The position numbers and the translations under genes were made by a program. DNA of 48,333 bases from an uncultured Thermococci archaeon (GTDB lineage: Archaea > CAYQAE01 > CAYVLA01). The notes below the pieces were generated by a model. That model was not told the DNA's origin. It saw only the letters and a list, made by a program, of their open reading frames with translations, and searched no databases. Shown piece after piece: positions 30,190 to 40,053 of this stretch (its first letter is position 1; every line of letters starts with the position of its first letter). The DNA lies in NCBI GenBank assembly GCA_964549615.1, contig CAZJVP010000078.1, forward strand, positions 1 through 48,333, in the 5' to 3' direction.

Positions 30190-31302
30190 CTACGAGACCT
30201 TTGCCCGGAGGTTCTTCACGATCGAGTCCAGCTCCGCCTTGAGGTTCCCTCCGCTGTCCGCGCCGGTAATGTAGTCCATTCGAGCGGCAAGTGAGATCTT
30301 CGATGCCAGGGTGCTTGCCACCTTTCCCCTTATGTCCTTGGGCGAGTTCCTCACATACGGGTGTTGAAAGATGATGCCATGTTTAGGAGGTTTCGCGCCT
30401 TTCGTGAGATGCCGGAAAAGGGCCTTCTCGGCTCCGAGCGTCTGGACTGACGTGGACGGCATCATGGCGAGTTTTCGGATGCTGCCGGCCCTCGCTATCA
30501 GCCTAGCTCCGACAGCAGCTTCGGCCACCTTGGTCAGGCTCGGCGCGTAGCGCTGCATGAGGTCGCAAAGGTAAGCGTGAATCTGGGCCTTCCTCTGGTC
30601 TAGGTAGAGGATGGATCTTGCAATCTCCCTGACAGCTTCTAGATCCCCTTCCTGTAACCTAACGCCCAGGGATCTGGTCGCGGCCTCCCTGATGCGATTC
30701 AACCTCTCCTGGGAGATCCCAAGGCCCTCGGCAATGCCTTCGGGTGACCTAGGGTCGGACGCGATCACTACGTTTGCATAGTCCTTTTCGCTCTTGACGA
30801 TCCTCTCCAGCTCGGGGAAGTGAACGGAGTACCAGTCCCTGCACCTTGCGTAGAGGTTGGCTATGCACCTGTCCAACTCGTCGATCGCGGCGACTGCCTG
30901 GATCACAAGTCGGTCCCAATCCTCATAGCTCCTTCTGACCCTCTCGCCTGATACAAGGCGGGCGACCTGCCACGAGTCCTTGGACCAATCCCGAAGCCGT
31001 GCAAGGTTTCGTCGCACGGCCCTGCCGCCAGCCGAGGGGAATTGGACCCTTACCTGTCCCTTCCAACCGGAGCGCTCAACCGCCTTCTTCAGCGATTCGG
31101 TTTCGACGACTAGGATCCCCCTGCAGGTTGGCTCAAGCAGCGTTGCAAGATCCACCGCCGGTTCCCCATCTTCCAACTTCTGCAGTTGGACTGCCCTTGA
31201 CCTGGGGTCGTCAGGGAGGTTGAGGGTCTTTACGGCTCTGCCAGCCTCGTCCACGAGCGCGATGCTGCGCGCCGTCAGCACCAGATAGCACTCCTTCTCC
31301 AA
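30190..31302 (-). CDS. nop5: Box C/D RNP protein Nop5 (Nop56/58)
   Basis: DWYSVHFPEL, QTLGAEKALFRHL, PPKHGIIFQHP. Confidence 0.95.
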   Translation of the reverse strand: MEKECYLVLTARSIALVDEAGRAVKTLNLPDDPRSRAVQLQKLEDGEPAVDLATLLEPTCRGILVVETESLKKAVERSGWKGQVRVQFPSAGGRAVRRNLARLRDWSKDSWQVARLVSGERVRRSYEDWDRLVIQAVAAIDELDRCIANLYARCRDWYSVHFPELERIVKSEKDYANVVIASDPRSPEGIAEGLGISQERLNRIREAATRSLGVRLQEGDLEAVREIARSILYLDQRKAQIHAYLCDLMQRYAPSLTKVAEAAVGARLIARAGSIRKLAMMPSTSVQTLGAEKALFRHLTKGAKPPKHGIIFQHPYVRNSPKDIRGKVASTLASKISLAARMDYITGADSGGNLKAELDSIVKNLRAKVS

Positions 31303-31486
31303 AGCGATCTGCCTCCGCTCTCGGCAGCAAGCCTTCCCCAACTTGCAGGTTCGGCAACGCCGGTTCCTCCCCCGGGAACCGCATTAGTGGGAAACACCAT
31401 TAATATCACATGTCCGCCCGGTCTTTCCATGCCAGGCTACTCCGGCCGGTCCTGAGTTTGGAGTTAAATCTTTCCCGGGTGGAAGA

Positions 31487-32512
31487 TTGACAGAGAGATT
31501 GCTGTTGCGCCTTTCCGGCGAGCACCCGATCTTGCCCATGCTTGAGGCGCAGCGGCTCTTCTCCAGGATCGACCCGAAGTCGAAGCTGGAGAGCGTGGGG
31601 GAGCGCCTCGCATTGGTGACGACCTCCCTTGACGCGCCTAGGGCTGAAGCCGTATGCCGAAGGTTGGCTCTGACTCGCGAGGCCTCAAGGGTCATCGTGA
31701 CCCATGCGGACGGCGGCGAGGTGCCCGCGCATCTGCTGGACGAGGTCCGGGACAGAACTTTCCTCGTCAGAGCCTCGGGCTTTGGCCCTTCCACACCCGA
31801 GGCCGAACGGCTGGTAGGAAGGAGGATACTGGAGCAGGCGTGGTTGAGAGGCATCAGTACATCGGTTTCCGTTTCAAGACCCGGCGTCGTCCTCCTCCTT
31901 TCGCGCACGCGGGCTGGGGACATGATCTCCGTCTTGATCGAGACGGACACGAGATCCTCCTGCAGGGCAAGGGCAGCGGCAAGACCGTTCAGACACCCGG
32001 TCGGGATCGACCCCGTCATCGCGCGGGTGATGTTGAACATGGCGGGGGTTCTCGCGGGGGAATCGGTCCTGGACCCGTTCTGTGGAACGGGCAGCATACT
32101 GGTAGAGGCCGGAATGATGGGGGCCCGCATATTCGGCATGGACTCGGACCAAAGGATGATCAAAGGCGCACGCCGAAACCTGGTCGCGCTGCAGCCCGGA
32201 AGGGCATTCCTCGTTCGGGGCAACGCGCTGAGGTCTGCGGCAACCTTCAGGGCAAGATTTGACCACGTAGTCACGGACCCTCCATACGGGAGATCATCCC
32301 CCACGATGATGGACGCTGCCAAACTGCTATCCGAGTTTCCAGCAACAGCCCGGGAGCTGCTGGGCCGCGACGGAACCCTGTGCATCGCGTCCCCATCCAC
32401 CATTGACCTCTCCGACGAGTTGACGAGAGCAGGCCTGATCCTAGAGGCCTTCGTGTACCAGCGCGTGCACGGCGGCCTGGGAAGACATCTATATGTCGCC
32501 AGAAGGTGCTGA
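31487..32512 (+). CDS. trm11: tRNA m2G10/m2,2G10 methyltransferase (Trm11/TrmG10)
   Basis: LSGEHP, RPF.HP, LDPFCGTGS, TDPPYGR, RVH..L.R. Confidence 0.85.
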   Translation: MTERLLLRLSGEHPILPMLEAQRLFSRIDPKSKLESVGERLALVTTSLDAPRAEAVCRRLALTREASRVIVTHADGGEVPAHLLDEVRDRTFLVRASGFGPSTPEAERLVGRRILEQAWLRGISTSVSVSRPGVVLLLSRTRAGDMISVLIETDTRSSCRARAAARPFRHPVGIDPVIARVMLNMAGVLAGESVLDPFCGTGSILVEAGMMGARIFGMDSDQRMIKGARRNLVALQPGRAFLVRGNALRSAATFRARFDHVVTDPPYGRSSPTMMDAAKLLSEFPATARELLGRDGTLCIASPSTIDLSDELTRAGLILEAFVYQRVHGGLGRHLYVARRC

Positions 32513-34296
32513 CGGCCCCGGGGAGCTTCGGCTTGTTCGAAATGCTTGACAGGGATGCCTTCGGACGTCTAGGAGTCCTCAAGACCGGCCATGGGGATAT
32601 CACGACGCCGACCGTCCTTCCCGTCGTCAACCCTTTCCGCGAGACCCTCAGCCCGTCTGAAATCCTTGAGATAACTGGAGCCCCGGCGCTGATCACGAAC
32701 GCCTTCCTTCTGTACAGCAAGCCGGAATCGAGGAGGCGCGCCCTCGAGGTCGGGGTGCACGAGTTTCTCGGTGTGGACTGCCCGATCGCCACCGATTCAG
32801 GAGGGTATCAGATCTACAGGGGAAAGAAGGTCGAGGTTTCGCCGCAGGAGATCCACCAGTTCCAGGCCGATATAGGGTCGGACCTCGCCGTCGTGCTAGA
32901 TGTTCCACCGAGGGACGACATGTCCGAGGATCAGGCCCGTGCCTGCATACGGGAGTCCGTCGCAAGGTCAAGGGATCTCTGCAGATCAATGCCCCCGGGC
33001 CCCCTATGGTACGGCGTTGTGCATCTTACGCCGTACGCGCGGCTCAGACGTCAAGAGGCGCAACAAGTCTCGGCGATGCCATTCCAGGTATTTGCCCTCG
33101 GCAGCTGCGTTGGCTCGCTGATCGAGTACAGATTCGAGTCCCACCTTGACCGCGCGGTGGACACAGCGAAGAGGCTTCCGCCTGATCGGCCTCGGCATGT
33201 ATTCGGCGTCGGGCACCCCATGTTCCTTGCGCTTTCCGTTGCTTTCGGGGGGGATCTATTCGATTCTGCTATGTATGTCCTTTCCGCCCAGGAAGGAAGA
33301 TACCTCACCCCCCAGGGGACGCTATCCGTGCGTGACCTAGTCGAACTTCCCTGCAGCTGCCCGGCATGCAGCCACGCATCCCCCCAGGAGATGGCCGGCG
33401 GAGATGACGCAGTCCGACTACTGGCTCAGCACAACCTGTACTCGACCTTCGAGGAACTGCGCAGGGTTCGACAGGCAATCAGGGACAACAGGCTCTGGGA
33501 GCTGGCGCAGGTTAGGTGCCGCAGCCACCCGAAGTTGCTTGGAGCTTTCTGCAACACCCTCAGGCGCCACAGGACTTTCTTCGAGCAGGTAGATCCGGTT
33601 ACGAAGAAGTCGGCCTTCTTCTACTCCGGCCCGGAGTCCAAACTTCGTCCGGAGGTGACCAGAGCCCGGCGCTGGGTGAGGGAGCGCCTACCTGAAGCGC
33701 CCGCTTTCCAGCATCCCGTCTACGGTCGCGTTCCGTACGCCGCCTCGCTCTGCTACCCGTTCGGGCAGACCGAGATGACGAGCCGACTCGAGGAGTTCTT
33801 GGGGAGGAAGGATGCGCAGCCGACCGACGAGGAAATCGTTAGGGCTGCGGTTGACTTCCAGTTCGGGCCGGGATGCGGATCAGCCTTGGAGCCCTTTCGG
33901 GCAGTCCGGTCACCCAGGACGGGCCGCATCAGGAGGGTCCAGAGGGGCCATGTCCTGCTGGGCACGATGAGGGCAAGCGATTTCTTCTTCCTCCCTACCT
34001 TGGAGGGAGCAAGGCTGCTCGGATCGCACCTTCCATACCCGACTATGAGGATCGCGGTTTCCGACGAAGCTGCCCCCTTCGTTTCGCAAGGGAAGTCGGT
34101 TTTCGCTAAGTTCGTCCATGCCTGCGACCCGAAACTCCTTCCTGGCCAGGAAGTCCTCATCGTGGATCGGGAGGACAACCTTCTCGCGACCGGGACCGCG
34201 TTGATGAACTCAAGGGAGATGCAGTGCTTCAGGGTCGGGATGGCGGCTAAGGTTAGACACCACTTAAGGACGGCCCTACGGGAAGATCTCCCTTAG
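32506..34296 (+). CDS. tgtA: Archaeosine tRNA-guanine(15) transglycosylase with PUA domain
   Basis: TDSGGYQ, FGVGHP, DLFDS, CSCPAC..H, C-terminal GKSVFAKFV PUA domain. Confidence 0.95.
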   Translation: MLTAPGSFGLFEMLDRDAFGRLGVLKTGHGDITTPTVLPVVNPFRETLSPSEILEITGAPALITNAFLLYSKPESRRRALEVGVHEFLGVDCPIATDSGGYQIYRGKKVEVSPQEIHQFQADIGSDLAVVLDVPPRDDMSEDQARACIRESVARSRDLCRSMPPGPLWYGVVHLTPYARLRRQEAQQVSAMPFQVFALGSCVGSLIEYRFESHLDRAVDTAKRLPPDRPRHVFGVGHPMFLALSVAFGGDLFDSAMYVLSAQEGRYLTPQGTLSVRDLVELPCSCPACSHASPQEMAGGDDAVRLLAQHNLYSTFEELRRVRQAIRDNRLWELAQVRCRSHPKLLGAFCNTLRRHRTFFEQVDPVTKKSAFFYSGPESKLRPEVTRARRWVRERLPEAPAFQHPVYGRVPYAASLCYPFGQTEMTSRLEEFLGRKDAQPTDEEIVRAAVDFQFGPGCGSALEPFRAVRSPRTGRIRRVQRGHVLLGTMRASDFFFLPTLEGARLLGSHLPYPTMRIAVSDEAAPFVSQGKSVFAKFVHACDPKLLPGQEVLIVDREDNLLATGTALMNSREMQCFRVGMAAKVRHHLRTALREDLP

Positions 34297-35229
34297 CACA
34301 ACCGCCTTGCCCATATCGGAGGCGGCCATCTCCCTTCCGTTGAGCAATGACCTTCCCTGCCCCACCGGCTGCCCTTTCCAGCGCACGACAACCTCATCGT
34401 CCGGCCTAATGGCGGGGTCCGCCGAAATCACCCCTGGACAGTAGATGACCTTCACCTTCGGCCGGAAGTCTATGTCAACGCAATAGGCACCCTGATCGGC
34501 TAGGATTCTTGCGCCCTCGATCTCGGGCGTGAAGAAGCCGGTGAAAGGATTCCTCCTAGCCAACGTCTTCCCGTCGCGGACGATCCTCTCCATTCTTGCC
34601 GACACATCCCTCCTTGCCGGGGGGAGCGTCATGAGTTCCGCGATGTTAAGTCCATACTGGTAGGAGAGTACATGCTTGGCCAGCTCGATCGGATCCCGGC
34701 GCCTCGGTTGGCCGTCGATGCCGCGAAGCGCTTTGGACAGCTCCTCCAGCCCCTCCTTGGATGCCGGGCCGCCCGTGCCCGTGTAGGTGAAGGTCCAGCC
34801 AAGCGCCGCTTCAGCGCGCCTGCAGGCGTCCAAGTACCCTCCCGAGACATGGGCAATCACCTCGGTCGGCGAGTGCTTGGATAGGACGGTCGCCAGGCTG
34901 CTCGAGACCACTTCGACCTCCTCGTGGCTCCACACGCCGGTCACGGCGATGTCGTAGTTGCTGGCGGGTGGGATGGTCTCCAGGGCCCGCGGCACGGCCC
35001 CCAGCGGGCTGGTGATCGTGAGTTCCTCAACGCTTGCTCTCCTCCTGGCCGGCCCAATCGCCTCGGCAAAGAGGCGGTGAGACCTAGATGAGATGTAAGG
35101 CTTGTGCTTGGAGCAGGGAAGGACGACCACGCAGTCCGCCCCAACGCCCGGTTGGTATCTGGATGCGACCCGCTCCCTGAAACGCACAACCTCAGGCCAG
35201 TATATGGACAGGTCAGTGAAGGCGATCAA
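34276..35229 (-). CDS. arcS: Archaeosine synthase ArcS, catalytic plus PUA part
   Basis: LPCSKHKPY..S.SH, TSPLG.VPR.LE, YDIAVTG.W, PUA domain (IRPDDEV). Confidence 0.88.
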   Translation of the reverse strand: MIAFTDLSIYWPEVVRFRERVASRYQPGVGADCVVVLPCSKHKPYISSRSHRLFAEAIGPARRRASVEELTITSPLGAVPRALETIPPASNYDIAVTGVWSHEEVEVVSSSLATVLSKHSPTEVIAHVSGGYLDACRRAEAALGWTFTYTGTGGPASKEGLEELSKALRGIDGQPRRRDPIELAKHVLSYQYGLNIAELMTLPPARRDVSARMERIVRDGKTLARRNPFTGFFTPEIEGARILADQGAYCVDIDFRPKVKVIYCPGVISADPAIRPDDEVVVRWKGQPVGQGRSLLNGREMAASDMGKAVVLREIFP

Positions 35230-36077
35230 CCGCTGACCCCCGGGCAAACCGTCGTGAACCGCTCAAGATACCTCAGATGTTCCCGATAGAGGCGACGGAG
35301 CGCCGCGGCCAGCTCTGGTTGCCTCGTGCATCTCTCCTCGGCCAAGTGCTTCAGCTGCCCCTTGCGGATGGCGGTTCTGACCTCCGAGAGAACCTTCCTG
35401 GTCATCCACCGGTTATGTCCCAAGACGTCGATGGTCCGCTGGCCCTCCTCCGCCTTGCAGGATGGGCAAGAGCAAGCATCGGGGTCGACCGTTCCGACGG
35501 GCAGCGAGAACGACTCGAAGAGGACCTCGCCCCTCATGGCGCACGCAGTTGCGTGGGAATCGCCGAAGAGGTCGGCCCCGGCCAAGGCGAAGAGTGGGAA
35601 TGACCACACTTCCGCGTCGGCCAACATTATCGCCGAACTGGGGGGGATCTTCTCCCTGAGCTCGATTATGCCTTTCATGACCTCAACGGGATCCTGCTTC
35701 AAACCGGGTTCCAAGATGACTACGGCCCGTCTGGTGGCCGAAGGCCCCTGAATTCCTTCGCCCGACATCTGGACGATCTCGCAGTCGCTTAACACGTAGG
35801 TGTCCTTCGCCCGTCCGGGAGAGAACCCCGCGCTGCCGCCTTGTCCGCCTTCATCCCGGAGTTCCGCCCGGCTTACCTGCCTTGACCGTTCAACCAACGG
35901 GGAGGGCGGCACCGCAAGCATTATGCCCGCGGACTCCGGTCCCAGAATGAACAGCCGCAAGCCGTTCTCCACCTGCTGCAGGAAGCAGCCGGAGGGCGTC
36001 TCGTAGGAACGACCCTCTACGCGAAACTTTCCCAGCCGTGCGGGCCCATCGTGCGAAAGGACCTCGACTCCGATCAT
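35226..36077 (-). CDS. ArcS N-terminal TGT-like part
   Basis: HDGPARLG, GADLF, CSCPSC..HN, EVR.AI..G.L..L.E.R. Confidence 0.8.
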   Translation of the reverse strand: MIGVEVLSHDGPARLGKFRVEGRSYETPSGCFLQQVENGLRLFILGPESAGIMLAVPPSPLVERSRQVSRAELRDEGGQGGSAGFSPGRAKDTYVLSDCEIVQMSGEGIQGPSATRRAVVILEPGLKQDPVEVMKGIIELREKIPPSSAIMLADAEVWSFPLFALAGADLFGDSHATACAMRGEVLFESFSLPVGTVDPDACSCPSCKAEEGQRTIDVLGHNRWMTRKVLSEVRTAIRKGQLKHLAEERCTRQPELAAALRRLYREHLRYLERFTTVCPGVSG

Positions 36078-37618
36078 CGCCGAATCACGCTGAGAACTTC
36101 TCCGGTTAGAAGTCTTTCGGACGCTGACCTGACCACCCTGACTTTCAGCCTCTGGCCAATCAGACTCCTAGGCCCCCGGACGGTCACGATGGGTCCCCCG
36201 GCCACCGGATAGCACAGCACCTCGCCCTTCCTCTTCATGTTCGGCTCGGCCCCGATGACGTCAAGCATGCGTCCGGCGTATTCTTCCTTCTTCCTGAGGT
36301 TGATCTCCCTTGCGGCCTGCGCGATGATTTTGCTCGATTCGTCCTTCCACCTTGGCGGGCCGGGCGGTTCACCCTCGAAGGCAGAGCGCGGCAGGGGCTT
36401 GAACCTGTAGACGGTGATCTTCTCGACGTATGGCTCCATCCTGTACATGAGCTGGCACGTCCTCCTTGCGGACTCAACGGTCTGGCCCGGCAGGCCGTGG
36501 ATGAAATAGACGTAGGGCCTGAGGCCATGCTTCTTGGCGGTCCGCACGGCCTCCAGCGAGTCACTAGGCGTAGATGGCCTGCCAAGGGCGTTTGAGTGTG
36601 AGGCATCACCGGTCTCGCAGCCTATGTGAACCTCGCTGCCTGGGAGGTTCTTGGCGATCACGCGAGCAGCTTCATCGTCGAAGAGCGAGGGCTTGACGTT
36701 CTCTATCGAGATGTGTGCACGCCCGCCCGCCGCTGCATTCGACGCGGCGAGGAGATCATCGATCTTCGCGTAGTTCGGCCGGGGCGCACGGGGATCCCTG
36801 AGGTCGTTGCCCCTAAAGTAATCCAGCAGATCGGGCGCGCTGAGCACGATCCTCTGGACCCCCAGCGCAACGAGCTCCTCCACTTCCCTTGCCACAAGGT
36901 CGATCCTCCTGGACTTGGGAGGACCGAACGTTGACGGGACGGAGCAGAAGCCACAGCCGGGCGGTATGTCTTGAGGGCAGGCCCGGTGGCAGTCCTTCCC
37001 ACACTCTGTGCAGCCGCGGCCATCCGAAAGCCTGATTCGGGTCCTGTTGAAGTTGCTGCACCCCCTCACCACCTCAACGTAGACCCTGCTCGCGAAGTGA
37101 GTCGGGTAATCCACTATCCTTCGCGTGGAAGGGAAAAGCCGGTTGTACTTGTCCTCCCCAAGCCGGGGAGCCGGCGGGTTGGTCAGGATTCGCCCGTCCA
37201 GCCAGTACGACAATCCCGGCACGTTTCCAGGTTCCTTGCCCGCGAGGATGGATTGCAGCGCTTCCTCACCCTCGCCCGAGACGGCCAGATCGAACCCCGA
37301 TGCCTCAAGCGCTCTCCGAGGAGAGCCGCAAACCGGCCCCCCCACGATCTTGAGCGAATCGGGCGCAATCCTTGCTGCCTTCCTGCCGATCCTCCTCAGT
37401 GCCGGGAGGTCCATGCTCATTGCGGAAGCCAAGAGAAAGTCCGGCGCCCTGCCGGCCGTTCGGCCCTTGAGAAACTCCTCACAGAGCTGGATGCGGCACT
37501 CCACGTCCGCCCTTTCAAGGACCCCGCAGATCCACCGAGGCCCACAACCTATGACATCCCTCGCCAGCATCCTCGTGCCCTTCGCTGATCCGAGAGCGTC
37601 GACCATGAGGGCCCGCAT
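36074..37618 (-). CDS. Radical SAM protein with B12-binding-like N-domain, interrupted Cys motif and C-terminal TRAM-like domain
   Basis: RDVIG.GP, VGGP, GEGE, EVVRGCSNF...CGFC, GCETG, YFIHGLPG, C-terminal beta-rich G...VRV segment. Confidence 0.85.
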   Translation of the reverse strand: MRALMVDALGSAKGTRMLARDVIGCGPRWICGVLERADVECRIQLCEEFLKGRTAGRAPDFLLASAMSMDLPALRRIGRKAARIAPDSLKIVGGPVCGSPRRALEASGFDLAVSGEGEEALQSILAGKEPGNVPGLSYWLDGRILTNPPAPRLGEDKYNRLFPSTRRIVDYPTHFASRVYVEVVRGCSNFNRTRIRLSDGRGCTECGKDCHRACPQDIPPGCGFCSVPSTFGPPKSRRIDLVAREVEELVALGVQRIVLSAPDLLDYFRGNDLRDPRAPRPNYAKIDDLLAASNAAAGGRAHISIENVKPSLFDDEAARVIAKNLPGSEVHIGCETGDASHSNALGRPSTPSDSLEAVRTAKKHGLRPYVYFIHGLPGQTVESARRTCQLMYRMEPYVEKITVYRFKPLPRSAFEGEPPGPPRWKDESSKIIAQAAREINLRKKEEYAGRMLDVIGAEPNMKRKGEVLCYPVAGGPIVTVRGPRSLIGQRLKVRVVRSASERLLTGEVLSVIRR

Positions 37619-37641
37619 TTCGATCGGCCAGACCTCCTGTC

Positions 37642-38031
37642 CTAGTGACTGTCCGAAGCCTTCTCCCTCCGGGCAGTCCAGCGGCTTGCCACCGAACGGA
37701 TCTCCTCATCCCCGAGTCTTTCGCCTATCCTCTCGAAGCAGTAGAACACGTCCTGGTAGACGGGGCTCCACTCGGCGGCCACGACCTGTTCGTGCTTGTA
37801 TGTCCCCTTCTTCATGTCCCAGTACCCGAGCAAGAGCGTGAAAGATAGGTAGGCAGGAATGAAGGCCAGCAGGAACCACCTGAGCTTCCCGAACGTGGAG
37901 TTCACGAACGGGATCAACCCGAACCAGAGAACGCAGGTGTTGACCACCGACACTCCCAGACCGATCGCTGCATGTCCGCGCGTCACGTACTGTTTGGCTC
38001 GGCTCGCCAACTTCAGCCCAATCCTAACCAT
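37642..38031 (-). CDS. Hypothetical membrane protein (2 TM)
   Basis: Clean ORF with two hydrophobic helices, co-oriented with its neighbours. Confidence 0.7.
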   Translation of the reverse strand: MVRIGLKLASRAKQYVTRGHAAIGLGVSVVNTCVLWFGLIPFVNSTFGKLRWFLLAFIPAYLSFTLLLGYWDMKKGTYKHEQVVAAEWSPVYQDVFYCFERIGERLGDEEIRSVASRWTARREKASDSH

Positions 38032-38081
38032 CTGAGCACCGCAGGCAGAAGGCCCTGCTCCGATATAACTTGTTCAGCCCG

Positions 38082-38987
38082 TCAGCGAGCGCCAGCGAGC
38101 CTCATCCTCTCCGCCACCTCGGCAGCGGTCGGGAAGGCTAGTGGCCTTGGCCTTTCTATCACGATCGCGGCGAGCGCTGAGCCAAAGTTTGCAGCTTCGA
38201 TCGTAGAGCGCCCGCGGAGGCGGCTGAAAACGAATCCTGCCATGAAGCAGTCTCCTGCCCCCGTCCAGTCAACGGGATCAGAGGGATAGGCGGGAATCCT
38301 GTGGGCCCTGCCATCCTCGAATGCGAGCGCGCCTCTCGGGCCCAGCGTGATCAGCACGGTTTTCGGGCCATCCAGCTCGGCGATCCTGTCCTCCCAACGG
38401 GCCCTCTCTCCCAGCAGCGCTTCCGCCTCTGCCTCGTCGAACTTCACCGCGTCCACGTCGCGCAGGACGCTCCGGATTCCGGGATCTAGGCCCCTTCGGG
38501 CGTGCACGACCTTGGTCCGAGGTTTCACTTGCCTTGAAAGCCCCTGTATGTCGAGGGTGACAAGGCGGAAGTCGTCCTTTTTCAACGCCCAGACGGATCG
38601 ATCTATCTCCGCTTCCACCGGGCCAAGGTGAAGTGCCGCGAAGCCCAGCATGCGGCGAGGGATATCATCCGCGCGGATGACCGACGAGCGTCTCAACAGC
38701 CTGAGGACCCTCCTCTCCCCCTCGTAGACGAGCTCAAAGCAGGCCGTGGCGCCCTGGCCCACGCCGTCCGTCTGTATTGCGGCCCTCCGAAGCTCCTCGA
38801 GTACCCACTGGTCTTGAGCTTTGGACACGCAGGCCGCCGTGCCTCCCAGGGCGCGGAAGGCGGCTGGAAAGTAGTACGATGTCCCTCCCAGGCCCCGCCT
38901 AGTCCCCGCTGGGGTCTTCACGATATCCTCGCACAGCGCGCCTATGACGACGCAGGACTGTCTCAAAGCCTGAGCCGTGCCACCCAA
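38082..38987 (-). CDS. PfkB family carbohydrate kinase
   Basis: GG..Y, ITLGPRG, DWTGAGDCF; AGGTGA SD before TTG. Confidence 0.88.
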   Translation of the reverse strand: MGGTAQALRQSCVVIGALCEDIVKTPAGTRRGLGGTSYYFPAAFRALGGTAACVSKAQDQWVLEELRRAAIQTDGVGQGATACFELVYEGERRVLRLLRRSSVIRADDIPRRMLGFAALHLGPVEAEIDRSVWALKKDDFRLVTLDIQGLSRQVKPRTKVVHARRGLDPGIRSVLRDVDAVKFDEAEAEALLGERARWEDRIAELDGPKTVLITLGPRGALAFEDGRAHRIPAYPSDPVDWTGAGDCFMAGFVFSRLRGRSTIEAANFGSALAAIVIERPRPLAFPTAAEVAERMRLAGAR

Positions 38988-38991
38988 GACA

Positions 38992-40053
38992 TCACCTGTA
39001 GACGAGGATGCCAACGATCAGGGCTGCCAGCCCTGCGGCAAGGCAGATCGCCCAGTGTACGCGGACGTGCCATCGCTCGTCCTTCCGATAGAGGTGCATC
39101 AACAGGAAGTAGAGTGACCCGCGCTCCGCGCCTTCGGGTGCCTTCAGGGTTCCGTCCTCCCTGATGCTTGCGAACTTGGCGTTCGGGTTTGCCATGAAGA
39201 ACCTCGTCTTAGGCAGGTACATCAGGAAGTTGATGATCTGGGGGGCGAGGGCTATCACGGCGATGATCTTGATTCTGCCCACTATCGAAGCTAGAGCGAG
39301 CGATGTGCCGATGACGAGCGTGCCGACGTCGCCAGGGAAGACCCTTGCGGGATAGCTGTTGAAGAGGAGGAAGGCGAGGAGGGCACCCACCATTGGGGCC
39401 AGGATTATGACGGCCTCCCACCTGCCGATGATCGCCGCTGCGATGCAGGTTGAGGAGCATGCTATGAGTCCGCTGCCCATTTCCAGCCCGTTGAGGCCTG
39501 CGTACATGTTGGTTAGGTTTGCTGCGGCCGTTACCCCGACCGGTATCAGAACAAGCGGGTACAGTATTCCCAGCGGAAGGTAGCCGTAGAATGGAATCCA
39601 GAAATCGGTCCTGTAGAACTCGGTCTCGCCGAAAAATGCCAGCGCGAGGGGAAGTGAAGCAAAGGCGGGAAGCAGGACCTTGTACTTCTGGGGAATGCTC
39701 AGGTAGTCATCGACGAGCCCGATGAATCCCACGGCCAGAAGGGTTGCGACGGATGCAAGCATCCAGACCTGCATGGTCGTCTTTCCAGGAAGGCGGGTTG
39801 CGTCCGCCGAGTAGCCGTACGTCACGAAGAGGTAGGTTGTGATCGATAGGCTCACGATCACGGCAAGGACCACGATGATGCCTCCTGACTCGGGTACGAG
39901 CACGTCTCCCGCCTTCAGCATATCCCTCCCAAGGATATTCTCCTTCCGGAGCTTGATGAGGAGCTTCGGCATGCCAGCATACACGATGGCGAACGCCATC
40001 AGGCAGCCGACGGCCGAGAGGACGGGAGATAAAAGGTCTGCATCCCAGTTCAT
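38992..40053 (-). CDS. UDP-GlcNAc:polyprenol-phosphate GlcNAc-1-P transferase (GPT/AglH, MraY-like family)
   Basis: PESGG, GLVDD, NMYAGLNGLE, NSYPARVFPGDVG. Confidence 0.92.
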   Translation of the reverse strand: MNWDADLLSPVLSAVGCLMAFAIVYAGMPKLLIKLRKENILGRDMLKAGDVLVPESGGIIVVLAVIVSLSITTYLFVTYGYSADATRLPGKTTMQVWMLASVATLLAVGFIGLVDDYLSIPQKYKVLLPAFASLPLALAFFGETEFYRTDFWIPFYGYLPLGILYPLVLIPVGVTAAANLTNMYAGLNGLEMGSGLIACSSTCIAAAIIGRWEAVIILAPMVGALLAFLLFNSYPARVFPGDVGTLVIGTSLALASIVGRIKIIAVIALAPQIINFLMYLPKTRFFMANPNAKFASIREDGTLKAPEGAERGSLYFLLMHLYRKDERWHVRVHWAICLAAGLAALIVGILVYR

